Virus record (IMG/VR): IMGVR_UViG_3300028654_000384
Span: 62,001-126,000 of that record
Length of the DNA stretch: 64,000 nt
Direction: 5' to 3' (one strand)
The notes beneath the pieces are model-generated. The model worked only from the letters and a program-made list of their open reading frames with translations, did no database searches and had not been told where the DNA came from. Positions 47,286 to 56,050 of this stretch are shown here, piece by piece (position 1 is the first letter of the stretch; every line of letters begins with the position of its first letter). Both the position numbers and the translations under genes were made by a program.

Positions 47286-47702
47286 ATGCGTGACGCGGGT
47301 TGGCTGGTGCTGGCGATCGTGGGTTGGGGTTGTTGGCCCGTCACCCAGGCGCTGGCGACTCGCTACATGCACCCGTTGTCAGTGCAGTTGACCAACGTTT
47401 GCATCTGTGGCGCGCTGGCGCCCATCCTCTACGTGTGGATGCGATCGAACGCTCAAGTGGGCAGCTTCAACGTGCCCGGGGTGTTGTGGACGCTGGCGTC
47501 GACAGTGCTAGCGGGCATGGCGGGCCTCGGCTTTCTGTTCGCCACCAAGCAACGACCCGCCAGTGAAGTGCTGTCGTACACTCAAGTCTACCCGGCCCTA
47601 TCATTCATCATGTGTTGGGTGACACTGGGCGAGACGTTCACACTGGTGAAGGTCATCGGCGCGGTGCTGTTGGTCGCCGGTTGCGTCGTCATGAACCAGT
47701 GA
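47286..47702 (+). CDS. EamA/DMT-like small membrane protein
   Basis: Five hydrophobic segments, YP.L..I.....LGETFT..K.IG. Confidence 0.7.
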   Translation: MRDAGWLVLAIVGWGCWPVTQALATRYMHPLSVQLTNVCICGALAPILYVWMRSNAQVGSFNVPGVLWTLASTVLAGMAGLGFLFATKQRPASEVLSYTQVYPALSFIMCWVTLGETFTLVKVIGAVLLVAGCVVMNQ

Positions 47703-47789
47703 GGGTGCAAAAGTGCGGTGGTGTGAGGTAGGATGGTCACATGGCATTATTGTTCACCAGCTGCCGACGGTGTGATAGAGTAGTACTCG

Positions 47790-49332
47790 ATGGCCACCAA
47801 GCTGCTCTTCACCCAGGTATATCACGGATTCGAGGCCTTTGCCGACTACTTTCGTGACGTGCACGAAGCAGTCGATGCCGACTTCAACCCGGCGATGAAG
47901 GACATCCCGGGCGAGTTTCAAGGCAAGGTCACCGTCACAATCACCTACGAACCTGAGGACGACAACACATGAGCGCGAAGCTGTCAACGGAGAAACTGAA
48001 GGAATTGATCGGCACCTGGCTGGCGACCGATGCGGCCCGACATGACCTGAAGCACCACTCCGACCTCGACAATCCCGACGAGATGACGGTGGATTGGGCC
48101 AATGGCGACGTTGAAGTGACGCGGCTACAATACGTGTGCCGACTGTACGGTGCACCACTCGACTCAACGTTGGTGCAGCTCGAGGAGTTCATCTGGCACA
48201 TGTGGTGCGATGGTTCGCAGTGGAAGCGCTGTGAGAAGCGCCAGTTGAAGGACGAGGCCGAGGACACCTTCACACAGGTGGAGTACATCGGCGAGTGGAA
48301 AAAGGGTCTGCCTGGCAACCAGCAGGCACGTCGCACTGTCGAATCGTTCCCGTGCGACCTGATGGGCGAGCACAACCCGGAGCTGGTCACCAAGTTCTTC
48401 AATGACCTGAAAGCGGCACAGAAGTGCATCTATCGCACGTTCGTGCCCAACAACCAGCTCGCCGACAACTACCGTCTCGAAGTGATCACCACACCCGATG
48501 ACACTGAAGTCGTGGGCTGGTGGGTGACGGTGGACTGACATGAGTAAGCAACGCTTTGAAGAACAGGTCGGCATTGAGCTGACGCGCTGTGGCAAGGTGA
48601 TGCCGCTCGGTGGCAACCTGTCACTGCGTGGTGCTGCAGGCGCGACCGAGACGCGGTTGGGTTATGAGTGCAGCAAGTGCTTCCGTCGAGTTGCCGTCGT
48701 CAATTGCTGGCCTCCACCGGGCAACACTATCTACTTGAACGATGAGGAGCCGTGATGACCGATCGCTTCACCTGGGACTCCGACGGCGTCCTCAACTATG
48801 CCTTCACCGGCGCGGCACTTGACGAACAATGGTCACGTGAATTGTCACAGATGCATCACTTGTCGTACGATGAGGGCGGTGCCGTCAAGTTCCTGAAGGC
48901 GCGCCTGGGCAGGCAGAAGTTCTGTTGGCAGGGGTCATCTGTTCGCAATTGGGTCTGGGAGGGCGACGATTGGCGTGCCTTCGCCTCGACCCGCGGCGTC
49001 TCGTTCGAGGTACGCACGGGCTCGACGGTTGAACAGGCCTTCGCTGCGTGGCAGGACTTCAAGCGAAAGGTGGGACTAACATGATTCACTATAGGTCAGG
49101 TGACGTACCCATGGTCGGCGATCGGGTGATGATTTCGCCCGAGTCGCCACGCGTTCGAACAGGACGAAGGGCAGCAAAGAGCGAAGGCACCGTAACACAA
49201 TTGGGTTGTGACTTGTGTGATCCGATGCCAGACTTAGTCTTCGTCGATTGGGACGATGAGATTGGGTCGACAATGCCGACAAGCGACACCATGTTGAGTG
49301 ATCTGATTCTAGTGAAGAGAGGTTCAACATGA
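47790..49332 (+). CDS. Cluster of five small hypothetical ORFs (47790, 47969, 48540, 48752, 49081)
   Basis: ORF track with coupled overlaps. Confidence 0.6.
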
Positions 49333-50165
49333 GCATCCTCGTTCTCGACGGCGCAAATTTGCTACACCGCGCCCGCAGTGGCTTTCAATTGGGTGACTTC
49401 GCAACCGTCTACAACTTCTTCCGCCAGCTACGCCCGTTGGTCGACCAATTCAAACCTACGAGGGTCTATATGACACTCGAGGGGGCACCCAAGCGGCAAC
49501 TGGCGCTGCTCCCGGAGTACAAGGCCCACCGCATCATCGACGTCACCACTGACGAGGGTGCCAAGAAGCAGGCGTCACTCGTCGACTTTCGCCGGCAGTC
49601 TGCGCTGATCGTTGAGCTGGTGTCCGCACACTTTCCCATCAGCGTCATCCGTCATCCCGATTTTGAGGGGGACGACGTGATCATGTCTATCGTGAACCGT
49701 TCGTCGTCAAGTGCTGAGTTCATCATTGTGTCGACCGACAGCGACTTCACACAGATGTTGCAGAATGGCGTCGGCAACGTGCGCCTCTACAACCCGGTGA
49801 CCAAGAAGTTCGTCGAGGCACCCGTCGATTATTCTTACGTGCTGTGGAAAGCACTACGAGGCGATGGCTGTGACAACATCCCGGCACTGGTCACTGAAGC
49901 GAAGGCACTGGAGCTGGTTCATGATCCTGAGTCGCTTGAGGGAATGCGCCTGATGCCGGCCTTCGCCGAACAGTTCGAGCGCAACTATAAGCTCATCGCC
50001 TTGTGCACGTTGACGGATGCCGAGGCGATGCAGACGCAGTCGTCTGCGCCCACCCGCGACTGGGACGCGGTGAAGGCCAAGTTTGATGAGTGGGCCTTCA
50101 AGTCGCTGACCAAGGACGGCACCTGGGACAAATTTGTGGCGACGTTTGAACCCCTGTGGGGGTGA
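49329..50165 (+). CDS. 5'-3' exonuclease / T4 RNase H-like flap nuclease
   Basis: LDGANL, YKAHR, EGDDVI, STDSDF, LRGDGCDNIP. Confidence 0.9.
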   Translation: MSILVLDGANLLHRARSGFQLGDFATVYNFFRQLRPLVDQFKPTRVYMTLEGAPKRQLALLPEYKAHRIIDVTTDEGAKKQASLVDFRRQSALIVELVSAHFPISVIRHPDFEGDDVIMSIVNRSSSSAEFIIVSTDSDFTQMLQNGVGNVRLYNPVTKKFVEAPVDYSYVLWKALRGDGCDNIPALVTEAKALELVHDPESLEGMRLMPAFAEQFERNYKLIALCTLTDAEAMQTQSSAPTRDWDAVKAKFDEWAFKSLTKDGTWDKFVATFEPLWG

Positions 50166-50198
50166 CGTCGAGCCCACCTACCCTCAACGGAGTGGACG

Positions 50199-50338
50199 AT
50201 GCGACAGTGGCAGCGTGCGATCGGCTGGTTATGGGCAGCGCCGTTGACGGCGTGTGGCCTGCTCTACGTCAACCTCTTCACCCTGTTGGGTTGGTACCGG
50301 CGCCAACAGAAGGTCATCGTCGACACCCTCTGGGTTGA
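50199..50338 (+). pseudogene. Truncated duplicate of the 5' part of the 50769 gene
   Basis: WAAPLT..GL.YVNLFTLLGWYR shared; 59/70 nt identity. Confidence 0.7.
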
Positions 50339-50343
50339 TACTT

Positions 50344-50703
50344 ATGAGGATGCGATTAAAACTCGGTACGTTGAAACGACTCATCAGGGAGGCTTCGATG
50401 GCATCTGCTGTTGATCTGTTGTCACAATGGGCAAAGAGATACGATTTCGAACCTTCTTCGGGAAAAGAGTGTGAACGCTATCTCGAAGACATGGCAGAAA
50501 CAGAAATTCCCAAAGTTTGTTTTTATGACAACAATAGCACAGTTCATGAACCACCGATTGCTTGGGTTGCAGCTGATGATCGGATCATGATCGTCAGCGA
50601 CGGAAGTGGTCCCACGGGCGTATTCTGTCGCGAAGTTTCGAAAGACGAACTTGAAGCGGCACTTCAACCTGACGCGGCGCCAACTGACATCACTCCGGAG
50701 TGA
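50344..50703 (+). CDS. Tagged AT-rich inserted gene (moron-like)
   Basis: MRLKLGTLKRLIREA; TACTTA at 50339. Confidence 0.7.
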   Translation: MRMRLKLGTLKRLIREASMASAVDLLSQWAKRYDFEPSSGKECERYLEDMAETEIPKVCFYDNNSTVHEPPIAWVAADDRIMIVSDGSGPTGVFCREVSKDELEAALQPDAAPTDITPE

Positions 50704-50768
50704 TGGACACGTTTACTTCTGACCTCTGACGCGCTCGGCGGGCCTACATATCGCAGGAGGTGTGTCCC

Positions 50769-51254
50769 ATGTCCAAGGTCACGCAAGTAGCGGGCTACGT
50801 TTGGGCAGCACCGTTGACGCTGCTCGGTCTCATCTACGTCAACCTCTTCACCTTGTTGGGCTGGTACCGGCACCTGGGCACCTTCGGCGATGCACTGGCT
50901 TGGGAACCCAAACCGCACTGTTTGCCGCCGTGGTTGGCACGCCACTGGCACCTACGAGCGGGCCAATCACTGGGTAACGTCGCTGTCCTCAATGTCAACC
51001 TCGCCACCCACACGGGTCAATTGGCACTGCACCACGAGCAGGACTGCATCAGGCAGGCGATGACGTTGGGCCCGCTGTACCCGGTCGCCTATGCCGTAGT
51101 GTGGGCAGCGATGAAGGCGGCGTGCCCGCGGTCGAACCCCCACTTCTCGCACCCGTTCGCCGTCGAGGCACGTCGAGCCGCGGGTCAGCTCATTGACGTT
51201 GAGGGTGCCTACGAGAAGCTACGGGCACACCATCACCCCGCGAAAGGCGACTGA
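50769..51254 (+). CDS. Hypothetical membrane-associated protein
   Basis: WAAPLTLLGL, LHHEQD, PF.VEARRAAG. Confidence 0.65.
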   Translation: MSKVTQVAGYVWAAPLTLLGLIYVNLFTLLGWYRHLGTFGDALAWEPKPHCLPPWLARHWHLRAGQSLGNVAVLNVNLATHTGQLALHHEQDCIRQAMTLGPLYPVAYAVVWAAMKAACPRSNPHFSHPFAVEARRAAGQLIDVEGAYEKLRAHHHPAKGD

Positions 51255-51301
51255 TCGGCCTATTTCGGCCTGAGGTCTTCAGACTGAGGGTATTTAGCGG
51301 C

Positions 51302-51553
51302 ATGGCCCGCATTGCCCTGACACCTGACCGCCTCAAGCACATCATCAAGGAAGAGCTCGCACAGGCCCCCGTCGCAGGCGCGGGCATCGGCAAGCTACTG
51401 AGCGATCTCGTCGGCACCTTCGAGGCCAAGCTGAGCCAACAGTACCCGGGTGACGTCGTCAAGCGCGAGGCCGCTGATCTCAAGACGCAGATCGAGGCGT
51501 TGCTCCGTGCCGCGGTGACCAAGGTCAAAACCGCACAGGGGAAGGCGTCGTGA
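51302..51553 (+). CDS. Tagged small protein
   Basis: DRLKHIIKEEL; TATTTA at 51291. Confidence 0.7.
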   Translation: MARIALTPDRLKHIIKEELAQAPVAGAGIGKLLSDLVGTFEAKLSQQYPGDVVKREAADLKTQIEALLRAAVTKVKTAQGKAS

Positions 51554-52140
51554 GGACGTCAGCTGCAGGCATACAATTTATAACGCATGAAGAAGGCGTC
51601 GTGCTCCACACTTACAATGATGTCGGTGGGAAAGCAACGATCGGAATTGGCCACCTGCTCGGCCCGGGTGAGTCGTATCCCAACGGCATCACCCTTGCAC
51701 AGGCACAGGCCATGCTCGCGAACGACCTTGCCCGGTTCGAGGCCGCCATCAGCGGCGGCGTCAAGGTGACGATCACCCAACACATGTTCGACGCGCTCGC
51801 CAGCTTTACGTACAACCTGGGCACCGGCGCACTCGCCTCCTCTACACTCCTCAAGCTCCTCAACAAGGGTGACTTCGCCGGTGCGGCCGCCCAATTTCCG
51901 GCCTGGGACAAGGTCGACGGCGTGCCCAATGCCGAGATCCTCGGCCGGCGCAAGCGTGAAGCTGCACTGTTCTTGACCCCCGATGCGGCCCACGTCGCTC
52001 CCCCGCCCGCGCCGCCTGTTCCCACCCCTCCCGTGCCGCCGAGTATTCCTGCGGTCCCCGTGGCGCCTCCACCCGCGCCCACCAATGCATTCGCCGACTT
52101 CTTTGCGATGATCTTGAGACTGTTCACCGGAGGCAAGTGA
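51550..52140 (+). CDS. GH24 phage lysozyme (endolysin) with Pro-rich tail
   Basis: HEEG....YND.GGK.TIGIGH, FDALASF.YNLG, RRKREAALF. Confidence 0.9.
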   Translation: MRTSAAGIQFITHEEGVVLHTYNDVGGKATIGIGHLLGPGESYPNGITLAQAQAMLANDLARFEAAISGGVKVTITQHMFDALASFTYNLGTGALASSTLLKLLNKGDFAGAAAQFPAWDKVDGVPNAEILGRRKREAALFLTPDAAHVAPPPAPPVPTPPVPPSIPAVPVAPPPAPTNAFADFFAMILRLFTGGK

Positions 52141-53000
52141 TGACGCAGACATACCGCAAGACGTGGCGACCTGATAGCACCCAACCACTGCCCGCAGGCC
52201 AAGCCGCATTCCACGACCTGCCACTCGGGGCGGCTAACCTCGCCTCGGTGCTGGCGGCGGGCGCTGCTGTGCCCAATCAGATCGTGGAACAGGGTGGCAT
52301 CCTCGACCTCAGGCCCCTGTGCCCACCAATTGACAACCAGTACCAAGTGTCCGACTGCGTTGCCGATGCCACGTGTTCGGCGTTGGAGTTCTGTCAGATC
52401 CGCAATGGCCTGCCCTTCGTCAAGCTGTCACGCCTGTTCATGTACTACAACGCTCGATTGCAGACGCAGGACACCGCCAACGATGCAGGCACCTACATCA
52501 GGTTGGCCTTTAGCACTCTCGCGTCGCTGGGCACCTGTCCTGAGTCCACGTGGGCCTATGACACCTCAATGATCTTCACCCGCCCGTCGTGGGAGAGCTA
52601 CCGCGAGGCGTATCCCAACAAGGTCACCAACTTCTACTCGATCAGCCAGCTGTTGATCGCGGCGAACAACATCATCAATCCCAATTCGTTGACGGCCTCC
52701 ATCAAGCAAGCACTGCAGGCGATCCACCCGGTCGTCTTCGGCATGACCGTTGATGAAGGTTACGACAACACGGGTCGCGACGGCATGGTGGCGATGCCGG
52801 CATCGAAGCGCATCAGTCCCGGTGGCCACGCACAGATGATCTGTGGCTACAACGACAACCTACAGCGATGGATCGTCAAGAACAGCTGGGGCACTGGTTG
52901 GGGCGACGGGGGATACTGCTACGTGCCCTATGCCTACTTGGGTGCGTCCGGCGTCGACGACATCTGGGTGCCGACGCTGGCACCGGGCCAGCGGGCGTGA
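52137..53000 (+). CDS. Papain-family (C1) cysteine peptidase
   Basis: DLR...PIDNQ..VSDCVA, GGHA...GY, IVKNSWG..WGDGGY. Confidence 0.9.
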   Translation: MMTQTYRKTWRPDSTQPLPAGQAAFHDLPLGAANLASVLAAGAAVPNQIVEQGGILDLRPLCPPIDNQYQVSDCVADATCSALEFCQIRNGLPFVKLSRLFMYYNARLQTQDTANDAGTYIRLAFSTLASLGTCPESTWAYDTSMIFTRPSWESYREAYPNKVTNFYSISQLLIAANNIINPNSLTASIKQALQAIHPVVFGMTVDEGYDNTGRDGMVAMPASKRISPGGHAQMICGYNDNLQRWIVKNSWGTGWGDGGYCYVPYAYLGASGVDDIWVPTLAPGQRA

Positions 53001-53332
53001 CACACCTGCTGCGCACCTTCATCCACGAGGCATTGCTCCACGAGCTGCGCCGTGACCACAAGTTCATCACCCACCTGCGGACTTCTGGGTTGGGCGAGCC
53101 CGGGTCGAAGGAAGGCTTTGAAGCGCGACGACTGGCGGATGATTGGCTGCGCGACGTGGAATTAGAGCTGGGTCGGCCCCTGCGACCCGCTATCAAGGCA
53201 GGCGTCCGCAAGTTCGTCGAGCGGCGGTGGGCAGGCCTCCGCGCACGTTTCAAGGGCGATGAACAGGCGGCGCAACAAACGCTTTCCAACTTGCTCAATA
53301 CCAAGTACGTTGACCTGAGGACGGGAGACTAA
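52997..53332 (+). CDS. Tagged hypothetical protein
   Basis: MTHLLRTFIHEALLHE. Confidence 0.7.
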   Translation: MTHLLRTFIHEALLHELRRDHKFITHLRTSGLGEPGSKEGFEARRLADDWLRDVELELGRPLRPAIKAGVRKFVERRWAGLRARFKGDEQAAQQTLSNLLNTKYVDLRTGD

Positions 53333-53333
53333 G

Positions 53334-53834
53334 ATGGGCATCAAGATCTTGCGACACTACACTAGCAGTGCACGGCCTCTCATACAGATCGCGGCGTGGG
53401 CAGCCGTCGCCGGCACGGTGACGCTGGCACTGGCCACGTGCACGTCGTGTCACAGCACCGGGGTGCTCATCGTGCCCACCAACCCGCCGACCATCACCGA
53501 TCAATCGGCATGTGCACAGGCGTGTGGCAACCTCGTGGCACTGGGTTGCGTGGAAGGCACGCCCATCGACACTCACCAGACGTGTAAGGTCGACGCCGAC
53601 TGCTTGGGAGTGACAGGCGTCCACGATGAATATCAGACGTGCTCCGTCGCCTTCACCTGCATGGTCACCTGCGTCAACTTCTGCACCGCGACGGAGAACA
53701 CCGGCGTGTGGCTCGACCCCACGTGTGCGGCCAAGATCACTTCGTGTGACCAACTGAGCACCTGTCCGGGCCCACAGACGGCGGGCACCAGCTGCACCGG
53801 CCCGGGCTGCAAGGTGGCGCCGAGTGGCAAGTGA
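53334..53834 (+). CDS. Cys-rich secreted protein / lipoprotein
   Basis: Hydrophobic leader ending ATCTSC; many Cys in mature part. Confidence 0.65.
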   Translation: MGIKILRHYTSSARPLIQIAAWAAVAGTVTLALATCTSCHSTGVLIVPTNPPTITDQSACAQACGNLVALGCVEGTPIDTHQTCKVDADCLGVTGVHDEYQTCSVAFTCMVTCVNFCTATENTGVWLDPTCAAKITSCDQLSTCPGPQTAGTSCTGPGCKVAPSGK

Positions 53835-54396
53835 CCGTGACCTGTTGCGGCAATTGATCCGCGAAGTTCTCACCGACTTCAACACCAAGACGCTCGGCAA
53901 GGACGGCGTTGCGGGCAACGTCTTCAACACGGGCCTGACGACGGGCGGTGCGGGTGTGTTGAAGCAGAACGGCAACATCCTCGATGATGAGGATGCCGAC
54001 GAACAGCACGACGAACAGAGCACACAGCGGGCGGCGTGCTGTTTAATCGTGGGCCACGATGGGACAGTGCTGTGCGTGTCACGGAAGGATGATCCCACCG
54101 CTTGGGGCATGCCGGGAGGGAAGGTTGATCCCGGCGAAGACGACGAGACTGCTGCGGGTCGAGAGTTGACGGAAGAAGTGGGCCTGACAGCGACGGCGCT
54201 GCACCCGGTCTTCACTATGCGCGACAGGCAGGGGTTCACAACGACAACATTTGCCTGTGAAGTTGACGGCCAGATCAACACCAGCGAATCGGGCGTCATC
54301 AGGTGGGTGCACCCGAGCCTGTTGTGCAATGATGCCCACTCGCCGTTCGCTGCGTATAATCGGGCCCTGTTTGCCGAGCTGGGAGTGAAAACTTGA
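53824..54396 (+). CDS. Tagged NUDIX hydrolase
   Basis: DLLRQLIREV; PGGKVDPGEDDETAAGRELTEEVG. Confidence 0.9.
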   Translation: MASDRDLLRQLIREVLTDFNTKTLGKDGVAGNVFNTGLTTGGAGVLKQNGNILDDEDADEQHDEQSTQRAACCLIVGHDGTVLCVSRKDDPTAWGMPGGKVDPGEDDETAAGRELTEEVGLTATALHPVFTMRDRQGFTTTTFACEVDGQINTSESGVIRWVHPSLLCNDAHSPFAAYNRALFAELGVKT

Positions 54397-54438
54397 ACTG
54401 ACTTGGGGTAGGATCAGATCTAAGAGGGTCGTCGCTCC

Positions 54439-55197
54439 ATGAAGTCGATTGTACTGGCAACGTCACTGGCGCTGATCACGGTGGGTTGTGGTGGCACTGC
54501 TTCTCCGGGTGGGAGCGCAGCGCTGTGCGTTCACGACGTCAACCGAGCAACTCCCAACGGTTGGTTGTTGAAGTCGCCTGTCGTGCGCTTCGACTTCTGG
54601 GGTTCGTACTGGCAACAATTGCAACCCGCCGACGTGGGCAGCGACGAGGCACCCACCGTCGACGGTGCACAGGATGAGCTGAACACTTGGGATAGGCTGC
54701 TCAACCAGGGACCCATCAACGTGTTGCAGAGGCTGACCGAGTACGGCATCGGTGCACCCATTATGTCTGACGTCATGGTCATCGACAACGTCAACGTCGT
54801 CAACTCCTTCGTCGATGCCACCGTCGGCGATGAACTCAATGCCGAGATCCAACGTGGCGACATCGCTGCACCCTCCGTTGACGGCGAGACGCTGTACGTC
54901 GTGGTGTTGCCGCCCAACGTGCTGTCGGCATACATGATCGCACAAGGCGCCGGCGGTTACCATTCCTGGGCCACCTACGGCACCACCAAGTATGCCTTCG
55001 CCATCGTCAAATTCCGTGATGACATAGCCCTTTCACACGAGATCTATGAGGCGGTGACTGATCCGGGCGACGGCTCGGGTTACATTGAACGCAACAGCGG
55101 GAAAGAAATCGGTGACTTCTGCGAGCAATCGAGCGAGATCATCAATGGCTACAACGTCCAGAAGGTGTGGTCACAGGCCGCGTGTCAGTGTGAATGA
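54439..55197 (+). CDS. Lipoprotein with HExxE motif (metallopeptidase-like?)
   Basis: LITVGC lipobox; GGYHS, SHEIYEAVTDP, EIGDFC. Confidence 0.55.
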   Translation: MKSIVLATSLALITVGCGGTASPGGSAALCVHDVNRATPNGWLLKSPVVRFDFWGSYWQQLQPADVGSDEAPTVDGAQDELNTWDRLLNQGPINVLQRLTEYGIGAPIMSDVMVIDNVNVVNSFVDATVGDELNAEIQRGDIAAPSVDGETLYVVVLPPNVLSAYMIAQGAGGYHSWATYGTTKYAFAIVKFRDDIALSHEIYEAVTDPGDGSGYIERNSGKEIGDFCEQSSEIINGYNVQKVWSQAACQCE

Positions 55198-55413
55198 GGA
55201 GAAATGTGATGAGCGTCAAAGAAGACTACAGTACTGAACACATGTTGCAACAGGCGGAAGATGACGGCATCGCGGTGACGAGTGTCACTGACCGTCACAT
55301 GTTCATCTTCACCAAGCGCCACGTTGAAGGCCTATTGAAGACGATGGCCGACTCGGGCAACGATAAGTGTATGGTCTTCGTCAAGCGCCCCGTCGCTGGC
55401 AACGGCAACTGAC

Positions 55414-55884
55414 GTGAACATCTTCGTCGTCGATGAAGATCCAATTCTGGCCGCGCGCGACCTGTGCAACAAACACGTGGTCAAAATGTTGCTGGAGAGC
55501 GCTCAACTGCTAGTCACCGCTTTCCCACCCGGGACTACGCGCTACAAGCACACGCACGTCAATCACCCGTGTGCCAAGTGGGTGCGCGCATCATTGTCGA
55601 ACTATGAGTGGCTGTTGAAGCACGCTTGTGAGCTCTGCAATGAATACACGCGGCGTTACGGCAAAGTTCACAAGACCGAGGAAGTGATCGCTTCGCTCGA
55701 AGAAGCTCCCACGCTCGATGATGTCGGGTTGACGTCCTTCGTGCAGGCAATGCCCGACAAGTACAAGGGACCCAATGCAGTCGCGGCATACCGCGCCTAT
55801 TACGTCGGTGACAAGGCACGCTTTGCCAAGTGGGCACCTCGTGCTGTGCCTCCTACGTGGTGGCCTCATGAGGAGACACCGTGA
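55414..55884 (+). CDS. Pyrimidine-dimer DNA glycosylase (DenV-like family)
   Basis: MNIF.VD.DP..AA..L..KHVVKM.LESAQLL, THVNHPC.KW.R....NY.WL. Confidence 0.75.
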   Translation: MNIFVVDEDPILAARDLCNKHVVKMLLESAQLLVTAFPPGTTRYKHTHVNHPCAKWVRASLSNYEWLLKHACELCNEYTRRYGKVHKTEEVIASLEEAPTLDDVGLTSFVQAMPDKYKGPNAVAAYRAYYVGDKARFAKWAPRAVPPTWWPHEETP

Positions 55885-56050
55885 AAAATACGGGCTTCTT
55901 TCTCCGCTTTCTTCGTGGGTTCACGTGCAAACACGAGTGGGGCAACGTCGTCGAAATCGTTCACGACGAAGGTGACCTCATTCGCGACTGGCTCGGTTCG
56001 AGCTACACCAGACACACGTACATCTGCAATCAGTGTGGCAAGGAAAAGAC

